From Verrucomicrobiales bacterium (GTDB lineage Bacteria; Verrucomicrobiota; Verrucomicrobiia; Limisphaerales; JAFMIX01), in assembly GCA_017853785.1 (NCBI GenBank), contig JAFMIX010000002.1:1-50620 (forward strand): a DNA stretch of 50,620 nt. Direction: 5' to 3'. Positions 35,553 to 43,933 of the stretch are shown one piece after another (within the stretch, counting starts at the first letter, position 1; each line of letters opens with the position of its first letter). Position numbers and translations under genes: made by a program. The notes below the pieces were generated by a model that had not been told where the DNA came from, searched no databases, and was given only the letters and a program-made list of their open reading frames with translations.

Positions 35553-37185
35553 TCGTAGCAGTGGTTTCCAGATAGACGTGCTTGTAGGGATGGTTGTCCA
35601 GCAGCGTGGAGTGCCAGCCTTTCAACTCCGGGCGCTTGAGGCAGACGCGCGTGTAGAAATAGATTGGAATGATGGGCATCTCGTCGAGCAGCAGCGCCTC
35701 GGCTTGCTGAAAAAACTCCAGTCGTTGCTGCGGCCCGGGCGCGCTGGCGGCGGCGGCGATGAGCGCGTCGTATTCCTTGTTCGCCCAGCCGGTCTCGTTG
35801 TTGCCGCCGCCGGTGAGCCACATGTCGAGGAACGAGTTGGGGTCCACGTAGTCGGCGATCCACGAGCCGCGCGCGATCTGGTAATTGAGGCTTTGGGTGG
35901 AGTCGAGGAAGACTTTCCATTCTTCATTCACGAGTTCCACTTCGATGTTGAGCTGCCGTTTCCACATCTGCTGGAGGGCTTCGGCGATGGCTTTGTGCCC
36001 CTCCGAGGTGTTGAAGAGCAGTTCCATGCGGGGAAATCCCTTGCCGTTCGGATAACCGGCTTCGGCCAGGAGCCGCCGGGCTTCGGCGATGTCGGCGGGG
36101 AGTTTCGTGCGGCAATCGTAGCCTGCGGTGCCGGGCGGCGTAAAGTGGTAGGCGGGTGTTTGCCCGCCGCGGGTGACGTTGGCCGCGAGCGATTCGCGGT
36201 CAATGGCGATGGCGAGCGCGCGGCGGACGCGTTTGTCATTGAGCGGGGGTTTGGTGGTGTTGAACCGATAGAAATAAGTGCCGAGATACGGGCCGAAGCT
36301 GAAAACATCAGGCCGATTGCGCCGGTAGGTTTCAATCTTGGCCAGCGGCAACGTCTCGGTCACATGCAATTGGCCGGCGCGGAAGGCGCGTTCCTCGCTG
36401 TTGTTGTCTTCGATGGGGTAGAAGCGGATTTCGTTGAGCCGCACGGTGGCTTGGTCCCAGTAGGTCGGGCTCTTCTTCACGATGATGACGTCGTTGACGC
36501 GCCACTTCTCGAGAGTGAACGGGCCGTTGCCGACGAAGCGCCCGGCGCGGGTCCACTTGCTGCCGCGTTGATAAGCCGGGCCGTATTTCGCGATGGTCGG
36601 CAGGTGCACAGGAAACCACGACATATGATTCAGCAGCGGGAGGAAATACGGCGTGGCATTTTCCAGCGTGATCTCCAGCGTGTGGTCGTCCACCACCCGG
36701 TAGCCGACTTGTGCAAAGTCCGTGAGCTTGCCGGCGTTGTAGGCCTCGGCGTTCTTCACGACGAAGTGCATGTAGGCATACTCCGAGGCCAGCGTGGGCG
36801 TGAGGATGCGTTTGTAGGTCTCAAAGAAATCGCGGGCCGTCACCGGGTCGCCGTTTGACCACTTGGCGTTGGCGCGGAGGTGGAACGTGTAAACTTTTCC
36901 GTCCGGCGAAATGTCCCATCGTTCCGCCACGCCGGGAACAGGATGCAAATCCACCGGGTCTTCCGCCACCAAGCCTTCGAGCAGTGCCATGATGATGTGA
37001 TGCTCGGTGACGCCGGTGGCCACGTGGGGGTCGAGGTCTTTGGGTTCGCTGCCGCTGCCTTTGAGGAGGATCTGGTGACGGTTGGCCCATTCCACGCGGG
37101 TCTCACGCGGACCGCAGCTGGTGGTCAACCCGCCCGCCACGCCGGCGGCGAGCAACCAGGCGGAAATTTGGGCGACGGGCTTCAC
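35533..37185 (-). CDS. oppA: Family-5 periplasmic peptide-binding lipoprotein
   Basis: GTG start at 37185 (VKPVAQISAWLLAAGVAGGLTTSC lipobox) within ORF 35533..37821. Typical SBP_bac_5 stretches (WSNGDPVTARDFFETYKRIL, GNGPFTLEKW). Confidence 0.9.
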   Translation of the reverse strand: MKPVAQISAWLLAAGVAGGLTTSCGPRETRVEWANRHQILLKGSGSEPKDLDPHVATGVTEHHIIMALLEGLVAEDPVDLHPVPGVAERWDISPDGKVYTFHLRANAKWSNGDPVTARDFFETYKRILTPTLASEYAYMHFVVKNAEAYNAGKLTDFAQVGYRVVDDHTLEITLENATPYFLPLLNHMSWFPVHLPTIAKYGPAYQRGSKWTRAGRFVGNGPFTLEKWRVNDVIIVKKSPTYWDQATVRLNEIRFYPIEDNNSEERAFRAGQLHVTETLPLAKIETYRRNRPDVFSFGPYLGTYFYRFNTTKPPLNDKRVRRALAIAIDRESLAANVTRGGQTPAYHFTPPGTAGYDCRTKLPADIAEARRLLAEAGYPNGKGFPRMELLFNTSEGHKAIAEALQQMWKRQLNIEVELVNEEWKVFLDSTQSLNYQIARGSWIADYVDPNSFLDMWLTGGGNNETGWANKEYDALIAAAASAPGPQQRLEFFQQAEALLLDEMPIIPIYFYTRVCLKRPELKGWHSTLLDNHPYKHVYLETTATTTNGHQ

Positions 37186-37284
37186 GTTGGTTTCAGTGGT
37201 GGCGATGCTAGGGGGCGGCGGCGGGCAAGGAAAGCCCGATTGCGCCGGAAAATTTGCTCGCGCATCCCGCGCTGCTTTTGGACT

Positions 37285-39351
37285 ATGCCCGCGATGATTT
37301 CCAGTTCCGAACCCGCTCCCGCCCGGCGTCACCCTGATGAATTTGTTTTGCCATTGGCGGGCTTCACCGGCACACCCGAGGAAAAAGACCGGCAATGGCT
37401 GGAGCAGTGTTATCGCGGCGACAGCGAGCGGCAACTCACGCTCCGGGCGGTGTTGATCGGCGGCTGCCTGGGGATGTTCATGGCCGTCTCCAACCTCTAC
37501 ACCACGCTCAAGATCGGCTGGGGCTTCGGCGTCTCCATCACCTCCTGCGTCATCTCGTTCGTCGTGTGGAACGCCCTGTGTTCCGTGGCGCGCGGGCGCA
37601 TCACGCGGATGGGCGCGCTGGAAAACAACTGTATGCAATCCACCGCCACCGCCGCCGGCGTCTCCACCGGCACCACGCTTGCCACGGCGTTGGGGGCGCT
37701 GCTGCTCATCCAAGGCGTGCATCAGCCGTGGTATGTGGCGGCCGCGTTTGTGGTCTGCACCGCCGCCTTGGGCGTGTTCCTGGCCATCCCGATGAAACGG
37801 CAGATGATCAACCACGAGCAATTGCGCTTCCCCTCCGGCATCGCCACCGCCGAAACCCTGCGCAGCCTCTACTCGAAGAGCCCCGAAGCCATCCGCCAGG
37901 CCTATTCCTTGATTGCCGCGCTCGTCGCCGGAGCGCTCATCGGATTATTCCACACCTACGGCAGCCTGGTGGAACAACTGGGGGATAAAAAACACCTCAG
38001 CGCCGGCCTCACCAAAGGGCTGGGAAAAATTCATCCCCAACTCACCGGGTGGATCGAAGGCGTTTTCCACAGCTTTTCCGGGTGGCTGGAGAAACTTTCC
38101 ACCAAGCTCTACCTGCCGGACGTTCTCGCGTTCGGAGGGATGTTGAATCCCTTGACGCGCGGCCAGATGTCCGGGCTCGCGTATGAGCCGAGCGTTTTGC
38201 TCGTCGGCGCGGGGATGATCACCGGCTTGCGTGTGTCGCTCTCCATGTTTGGCGCGTCGGTGTTGCTTTACTTCGTCGTCGCGCCGTGGCTCGTGGGCGT
38301 GGATATCGCCAACGTTGGCATCGCAGGCTATGTGCCCTCGTTCACCCTGAAACCCGACGGCAGCTTCAACCCCATCCGGTGGGCGCTGTGGGGCGGCACT
38401 TCGGTGATGGTTTTCTCCAGCCTCATGCAGGTGGCGCTCAACTGGCGTGCCGTGTTGAAGGCTTTCATGCTCTTCAAAAAAGAAGAACGCGCCTCCCTGC
38501 ATGACGCGGCGGAATCCGTGGAAGTCCCCAACTCCTGGCTCATCTGGGGCTTGATTCCCATCTCCATCGCCCTGATCGCGGTGCAATACTTCGCTTTCCA
38601 CATCGCCGTCTGGTTGGGGATCGTCTCCGTGGCGTTCTCCTTCATCGCCGCCCTCGTCTGCTGCCGCTCCACTGGCGAGACCGATACGGCTCCGGTCGGC
38701 GCGATGGGCAAGGTCACCCAATTGCTCTACGCCGTGCTGCCGGGTGCCGCCGGCAACATCACCACCAACCTCATGGCCGCCGGCACGACCGGCGCGGCCG
38801 GCGGCGCGGCGGCGGATTTGTTGACCGATCTCAAGAGTGGCTACCTGCTGGGTGCGAATCCGCGGCGGCAGTTCCTTGCGCAATTCTTCGGCGTCTTCTT
38901 TGGCGTCATCGCCGTCGTGCCCGCGTGGTATCTGATGGTGCCGACCAAGCAGGTGCTGGAAGCATTCAACCCGCCCGCCACGAACATGTGGAAAGCCGTC
39001 GCCGACCTCCTCACCCAAGGCGTGCATCTGCTGCCGCGCACCGCGCTGTGGGCGATCGTCATCGGCGCGTTCGTGGGCACAATCCTGCCGGTGATCGAGA
39101 AGCTGTGGCCCAAGACCAAGACCTGGCTCCCGTCGGCGATGGGCATCGGGCTTGCGTGGGTGGTGCCGTTTCAAAACTGTTTCTCCTTCCTCATCGGCGC
39201 GCTCATCCTCACGGTCTGGCAAAAGATCAGCCAGAAAAACTCGGACTCCTACTGCATCCCCGTGGCTTCAGGCTTGGTTGCCGGCGAATCGATCGTGGCC
39301 GCGTTTATCGCCATCGGTTGCACGCTCGTGGGATTTCTGCTCACACAATAA
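37285..39351 (+). CDS. OPT-family oligopeptide transporter
   Basis: ATG 37285 within ORF 36880..39351. QLTLRAVLIGGCLGMFMAVSNLYTTLKIGWGFGVSI..., FPSGIATAETL, many TM helices. Confidence 0.9.
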   Translation: MPAMISSSEPAPARRHPDEFVLPLAGFTGTPEEKDRQWLEQCYRGDSERQLTLRAVLIGGCLGMFMAVSNLYTTLKIGWGFGVSITSCVISFVVWNALCSVARGRITRMGALENNCMQSTATAAGVSTGTTLATALGALLLIQGVHQPWYVAAAFVVCTAALGVFLAIPMKRQMINHEQLRFPSGIATAETLRSLYSKSPEAIRQAYSLIAALVAGALIGLFHTYGSLVEQLGDKKHLSAGLTKGLGKIHPQLTGWIEGVFHSFSGWLEKLSTKLYLPDVLAFGGMLNPLTRGQMSGLAYEPSVLLVGAGMITGLRVSLSMFGASVLLYFVVAPWLVGVDIANVGIAGYVPSFTLKPDGSFNPIRWALWGGTSVMVFSSLMQVALNWRAVLKAFMLFKKEERASLHDAAESVEVPNSWLIWGLIPISIALIAVQYFAFHIAVWLGIVSVAFSFIAALVCCRSTGETDTAPVGAMGKVTQLLYAVLPGAAGNITTNLMAAGTTGAAGGAAADLLTDLKSGYLLGANPRRQFLAQFFGVFFGVIAVVPAWYLMVPTKQVLEAFNPPATNMWKAVADLLTQGVHLLPRTALWAIVIGAFVGTILPVIEKLWPKTKTWLPSAMGIGLAWVVPFQNCFSFLIGALILTVWQKISQKNSDSYCIPVASGLVAGESIVAAFIAIGCTLVGFLLTQ

Positions 39352-39414
39352 GCGTGCCCTTGGCCGCTGGTTTTTCACTTGTAACCGGGAACTTGCAACC
39401 GGCAACATGAGTCT

Positions 39415-40026
39415 ATGTTCACAGGCATCGTTGCCGAAGCGGGCGTCGTCGCAAAAATCAAACCTGCGGCCAGATCCATCCAACTCACCGTGCGCGCGGG
39501 CATCACCGGCCGCGGGCTCAAGCTCGGCGACAGCCTCGCCGTCAACGGCTGCTGCCTCACGGCGGTGAAGATTTCCCGGCGCGCCAAAGCCACGTTCGTC
39601 CAGTTCGACCTGCTGCAAGAGACGTGGCGGCGCACGAACCTGCAATTCGCCAAGGCCGGTTCACTCGTGAATCTGGAGCGGCCCTTGAGCGCCAGCGGCG
39701 AATTCGGCGGGCATTTCGTCACCGGCCACATTGATGGCGTGGGCAAGATCATCCGCTGGGAGCGCGCCGGCAAGGATCACGTGCTCGACATCGCCGCGCC
39801 GCCGGAAGTGATGCGCTACATGGTTTTCAAAGGCTCGGCGGCGGTGGACGGCATCAGCCTCACCGTGGCCGCCGTGCAGAAGAAAAGTTTCCGCATCTGG
39901 ATCATCCCGCACACCTACGAGATCACCGCGCTCCGCGACCGCAAGGTCGGCGACGCCGTGAATCTTGAAGCCGACATGCTCGGCAAATACGTGGAAAAAT
40001 TCCTCGCCGCGCGCGGCAAACGATGA
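39415..40026 (+). CDS. ribE: Riboflavin synthase (alpha chain)
   Basis: MFTGIVAEAGVV...GDSLAVNGCCLT...VNLE duplicated barrel; GHFVTGHIDG. Confidence 0.93.
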   Translation: MFTGIVAEAGVVAKIKPAARSIQLTVRAGITGRGLKLGDSLAVNGCCLTAVKISRRAKATFVQFDLLQETWRRTNLQFAKAGSLVNLERPLSASGEFGGHFVTGHIDGVGKIIRWERAGKDHVLDIAAPPEVMRYMVFKGSAAVDGISLTVAAVQKKSFRIWIIPHTYEITALRDRKVGDAVNLEADMLGKYVEKFLAARGKR

Positions 40027-40874
40027 CCGCGCCCGAACCGTTCTTCAAAGGCTGGGCCAAGCCCGGGCCGATTCCGCCGGGCGCGCTGACCGGCAAACCC
40101 GCCGTTGCGCCGGGCGAAACGCTCGACGCCATCAGCGGATACTTCCGGCTCTTCCAACTCAAGGACGGTCACCGTTTTTCCACCGACGACGTGCTCACGG
40201 CGTGGTATGGCACGAGTTGGTGTCCCACGGCGCGCACGGTGCTGGACCTCGGTAGCGGCATCGGCACGGTGGGGATGATCGCGGCGTGGCGGCTGCCGGG
40301 CGCGCGGTTCGTCACCGTGGAGGCGCAGGCGGAGAGCGTGCGGCTGGCGCGGAAATCGGCGGCGTGGAACGGCCTGACCGAGCGCTACGAAATCCGTGAA
40401 GGAGATTTCCGCGATGCGAACGTGCTGCGGGCGGAGGAGCAATTTGACTTGGTGCTGGGCAGCCCGCCGTATTTTCCGCAGGGCAGCGGCGTGGAGAGCG
40501 AGCATCCGCAGAAACTGGCGTGCCGATTCGAATTGCGCGGGACGGTGGCGGATTATTGCACGACGGCGGCAAAGCATCTGGAGCGCGGCGGCGTGTTTGC
40601 GTGCGTGTTTCCCATCGCGCCGGCGGAGCAGGAGGAGCGTGTTTGCGCGGGCGCGGCGGCGGCAGGGCTGGTCATTGTGCGCCGGCGGCCCGTAGTGCTG
40701 CGCGAGGGCGATCGGCCGCTGATTGGTCTGTTCGCGATGATGCGCAGGGAGGATTTGCCGGCGGCGATGCGCGGGCGGACTTGGAGCGAGCCGGACTTGA
40801 TTATCCGCGCGGTGGACGGGACAATTCATCCCGAATATGCGGCGGTAAAGCTGGCGTTCGGTTTTCCGCCGTGA
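40023..40874 (+). CDS. SAM-dependent methyltransferase (xPPY N6-adenine/tRNA MTase-like)
   Basis: ATGA overlap with ribE. DGHRFSTDDVLTAWY, motif I VLDLGSGIGTVG, motif IV GSPPYF. Confidence 0.8.
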   Translation: MTAPEPFFKGWAKPGPIPPGALTGKPAVAPGETLDAISGYFRLFQLKDGHRFSTDDVLTAWYGTSWCPTARTVLDLGSGIGTVGMIAAWRLPGARFVTVEAQAESVRLARKSAAWNGLTERYEIREGDFRDANVLRAEEQFDLVLGSPPYFPQGSGVESEHPQKLACRFELRGTVADYCTTAAKHLERGGVFACVFPIAPAEQEERVCAGAAAAGLVIVRRRPVVLREGDRPLIGLFAMMRREDLPAAMRGRTWSEPDLIIRAVDGTIHPEYAAVKLAFGFPP

Positions 40875-40901
40875 ATTATCCACGAGCGAATCAAAATCGA
40901 G

Positions 40902-41015
40902 GTAGGGACGAATCACCGAGCCGCCGTCCCCGCGCCGAAAGCGTGGTAGAAACCACATTATTTCATAACTCGTTCCGCCTGCTCGCGCGGGGACATCTCG
41001 GCGAGATGTCCCTAC
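40902..41015. repeat. Nested palindromic GC-rich element (GTAGGGAC / GTCCCCGCGC family)
   Basis: GTAGGGAC (40902-40909) ... GTCCCCGCGC (40926-40935) ... GCGCGGGGAC ... GTCCCTAC. Includes the perfect hairpin GGGACATCTC-ggc-GAGATGTCCC (40990-41012). Confidence 0.5.
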
Positions 41016-41064
41016 GCGTTTCCGCTGCATTGACCTGCGGGCGGCAATCTGGTGACAATCTGGC

Positions 41065-41394
41065 ATGGCAACTGAATTGAAGATCGAGAAACTCACCACC
41101 GGCAACGGCGCGGCCCCCAAAAAAGGTCAGGCTGTATCGGTTCACTACACCGGCTGGCTGACGAACGGCAGCAAGTTCGATAGTTCCGTGGACCGCGCCG
41201 AGCCGTTCACGTTCGTGCTGGGCGCGGGGCAGGTCATTGCGGGCTGGGATCTCGGCGTGGCGACGATGCGGATTGGCGATAAGGTGAAGCTCACCATACC
41301 GCCGGAACTCGCGTATGGTCGCGAAGGCTATCCCGGCGCGATTCCGCCGAACGCCACCTTGGTCTTCGAGGTCGAGCTGCTGGCGGTCGGGTGA
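41065..41394 (+). CDS. FKBP-type peptidyl-prolyl cis-trans isomerase (cytoplasmic, single domain)
   Basis: VHYTGWLTNGSKFDSS..PFTFVLGAGQVIAGWDLGV...IPPNATLVFEVELL. Confidence 0.93.
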   Translation: MATELKIEKLTTGNGAAPKKGQAVSVHYTGWLTNGSKFDSSVDRAEPFTFVLGAGQVIAGWDLGVATMRIGDKVKLTIPPELAYGREGYPGAIPPNATLVFEVELLAVG

Positions 41395-41542
41395 GGGCGT
41401 TGCGCCTCACACAAAGTCCGCCAAGGCCGCAAAGGGGACACGAAGTCGCGCGCTCGCTTTCCCCTTTTCTCCCCCGCTCTCTTTCGCGCGGACAGGCGGG
41501 GCGCGCTGTCCTATTTTGAGGGCAGTTCACAGTGCGCGCACC

Positions 41543-42676
41543 TCACTCGTTGATGTGGATCACTTTCGCCGGGGGGAAGCCGTTGAAGAACGTCGCCGAG
41601 GCGTTGCTGTAGGCACCGATGTTCTCCGCGTAAACCAAATCCTCAATGTCCAGCGGCGGCAGATGCTCCGATTGCGAGATCGTGTCCAAGCCGTCACAGG
41701 TCTGGCCGAAGATGGCGCAAAGCTCTTTCTTCCCGGATTTGAAAGCCTGAAGCGGATACTGGCAATGGTCAAAAATGATACCGCTGAAGGTGTGATAGAC
41801 GCTGTCGTTGATGTAATAGCACTGCTTGCCGTCGCGCACGGCCTTGCCGATGACGCGGGCGACGCTCGTGGCGGCGGTGGCAACGAGGAAGCGGCCCGGC
41901 TCGGCGAGAATCTGGATGTCCGGCGCGAAGAGGCGCTTGATCTCGGCGTTGATGACCTTGGCCAGCTCGCGGAACGGGCGGACGTGTTTGTTGTAGGGCG
42001 CGGGAAAGCCGCCGCCGATGTCGAGAATCTTCAGCTCGTGGCCGCGCGCCTTGGATTCGCGCATGACCGCCGCCGCCGCGTTGAGGGCCTGCACGAAGTT
42101 CTGGAAGTTCGTGCACTGGCTGCCGACGTGGAAGCTCAAGCCCTCGACCACGAGGCCGAGCTGGAACGCCGCTTCGATCAGGTCCACCGCCTCGCCGGTG
42201 GCGCAGCCGAACTTGGAGGAGAGTTCGCATTGCGACCCGGTGTTATCCACGCGCAACCGCAGGACCACGCCGGCGTGCGGAGCATATTTTTTTATTTTTT
42301 GCAGCTCGGTCGCGTTGTCGTAGGTGACGAGCGGCTTGTATTTGTCGAGCGCGAGCAGGGTTTCCTTCGGCTTCGTGGGGTTGGCGTAGATGATCTTGTC
42401 CCAGATGAAATCCTGCTGCGCCTTTGGGGAAAGCTTCTTGATGTTCTCATAGACCATCATGAACTCCGGCATGGACGCCACGTCGAAGCTCGCGCCGCAC
42501 TTGTAGAACGTGCGGATGATGGCCGGCTCACAGTTGGCTTTCACGGCGAAGTAGCATTGGACGTCGGGCAGGTGGCGCTTGAATTCGGCGTAATTCCGGC
42601 GCAGCACGTCGTGGTCGATGATGACGAGCGGTGTGCCGTGTTTCTTGGCGAGCGATTGGAGCTGGGATTTGGTCAT
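41543..42676 (-). CDS. Group IV PLP-dependent decarboxylase, ornithine-decarboxylase-like
   Basis: The internal ATG at 42676 gives MTKSQLQSLAKKHGTPLVIID. PLP-Lys motif YFAVKANCEP, LDIGGGFPAPY, GQTCDGLD. Substrate (Orn/Lys/Arg) is not resolvable by eye. Confidence 0.88.
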   Translation of the reverse strand: MTKSQLQSLAKKHGTPLVIIDHDVLRRNYAEFKRHLPDVQCYFAVKANCEPAIIRTFYKCGASFDVASMPEFMMVYENIKKLSPKAQQDFIWDKIIYANPTKPKETLLALDKYKPLVTYDNATELQKIKKYAPHAGVVLRLRVDNTGSQCELSSKFGCATGEAVDLIEAAFQLGLVVEGLSFHVGSQCTNFQNFVQALNAAAAVMRESKARGHELKILDIGGGFPAPYNKHVRPFRELAKVINAEIKRLFAPDIQILAEPGRFLVATAATSVARVIGKAVRDGKQCYYINDSVYHTFSGIIFDHCQYPLQAFKSGKKELCAIFGQTCDGLDTISQSEHLPPLDIEDLVYAENIGAYSNASATFFNGFPPAKVIHINE

Positions 42677-42740
42677 GGTGATGAAATGTCGGCGAGACTT
42701 TCGGGAGTTCGCTCCGGCGGCACAAGAATTTTTTTCAGGT

Positions 42741-43481
42741 TCAACACTCGAAGGCGCCGAACAATGCCCGCAGTTCCTGATCCACCAGCGTCGGATCGGC
42801 GAGGGTGCTGCAGATTTCTTCGCGGAGGAGAGCCCGGTAGCGCTTGCGCAGCCGGTGGACGGTGACCCGCACCGTGCCGGCATCCAGACCGAGAGATTCC
42901 GCGATTTCCACCGCCGCCGGCTCGCCCCGGCCGGCTTCGAGGAAGATGCGGAGTTGCGCGAATTGCTGTGCCTTGCCTTCGGCCTCCCATTCGGCCTGCA
43001 GCCGCGCGATGACTTGGGCGAGCAGGGTCAGCGCCCATTGGCGGTCGTATTCCTGGTCCGGGCTGGCGGCGGCGGCGGCGACTTGAAACCGGTTGTCGGC
43101 GGTCTGCCAGTCCAGCGAGAAGTGGGTCGCCCCGCCGCCCCGCTTGAGGCGCTGGGTGCGATCCCATTCGTTCGCGAGATAATGTTTCAGCGCCGCCAGC
43201 AGAAAGGCGCGGAAGCGACCGCGCTCGGCGTTCAGGCTGCGCAGATAATTTTTTTCCAGAAAGCGCGCGAAGAATCCCTGCACCGAATCTTCGGCATCTT
43301 CCGGGGAATGGCCGCGGCGCCGGACGTAGGCGTAGAGCGGAAACCAGTAGTTGCGGCAAAGCTCCTCCAGCGCACCAACAGAGTGCGGTTTGTGGTGCTG
43401 GCTTGCCGCAAGCACCACTGACCAACGGGTCGTGGCGAAGGAGTCGCCCGCAGTGACCGGGGCTGGCGTGGCAGTCATCAT
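42741..43481 (-). CDS. ECF-type sigma-70 factor, Ser/Thr-kinase-associated type
   Basis: Start at ATG 43481 (MMTATP...). Region 2 YWFPLYAYVRRRGHSPEDAEDSVQGFFARFLEKN. Region 4 HTH AAVEIAESLGLDAGTVRVTVHRLRKRYR. Long 2-4 linker and a C-terminal tail ...LVDQELRALFGAFEC. Confidence 0.85.
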   Translation of the reverse strand: MMTATPAPVTAGDSFATTRWSVVLAASQHHKPHSVGALEELCRNYWFPLYAYVRRRGHSPEDAEDSVQGFFARFLEKNYLRSLNAERGRFRAFLLAALKHYLANEWDRTQRLKRGGGATHFSLDWQTADNRFQVAAAAASPDQEYDRQWALTLLAQVIARLQAEWEAEGKAQQFAQLRIFLEAGRGEPAAVEIAESLGLDAGTVRVTVHRLRKRYRALLREEICSTLADPTLVDQELRALFGAFEC

Positions 43482-43572
43482 AAAGAAATAGTAGGAGATA
43501 CGGGAGGAAAATACAGCCAATAGAATTTTCCCTGGCGGCAGCAAACCAAGAGACGATGCCAGGTTGAAGTGC

Positions 43573-43863
43573 TTATTGTTCAGAACTGCGTTCCAGTCGC
43601 ACCGGAGTCAACTCCTTCAAGTGGATGCCCACAGAATAGTTGCGACCGGAGTCCACCATGGCGTCGAGAAGCTCGTAATCTCCATTGGTCACCGAGGCGA
43701 CTCTTCTAATCGAACCTCGTCCCAGTGGCTGCCCCAACCTGCCGGGATAAATGTCCTGCACGAAGCTTCCGACGACGATTTGCCCTCGTCGATAGTTCGG
43801 CGAAATCCGCGGGAGCGGAGATTTTCTTCGATAGAAAAACTGGCGTGAGCGGCGCCAGAGCAA
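43573..43863 (-). CDS. Doubtful 96-aa ORF in the AT-richer sigma-kinase spacer
   Basis: Only an open frame, and an overlapping + strand ORF (43564..43848) is equally long. No convincing family match. RRGQIVVGSF is faintly MazF/PemK-like. Confidence 0.2.
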   Translation of the reverse strand: MLWRRSRQFFYRRKSPLPRISPNYRRGQIVVGSFVQDIYPGRLGQPLGRGSIRRVASVTNGDYELLDAMVDSGRNYSVGIHLKELTPVRLERSSEQ

Positions 43864-43933
43864 GACAGCATAGGGTCCGGGTTAGCTGCCGAAACTTCCG
43901 CCGCCGCAATGCTGGCGCGGCGGGTTGGCATTA

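Noticed and set aside
35536-36858. 440-aa plus-strand ORF (and 37945..39222 minus, 45997..47235 plus, 19381..20601 minus, 17570..18613 plus, 15847..16776 minus, 39915..41120 minus)
   Set aside because: All are long shadow ORFs opposite well-supported genes (oppA, OPT, DHS-like, ugd, thrC-like, htpG, ribE/methyltransferase). None shows a recognisable domain.
35533-37821. Full 762-aa version of the oppA ORF and the 823-aa version of the OPT ORF (36880..39351)
   Set aside because: The two long versions overlap each other on opposite strands. The N-terminal extensions are low-complexity. Internal starts (GTG 37185 with lipobox, ATG 37285) give normal-length proteins.
41315-42865. 516-aa plus-strand ORF
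   Set aside because: It is antisense to the ODC-like decarboxylase and the sigma-factor 3' end, with no motifs.
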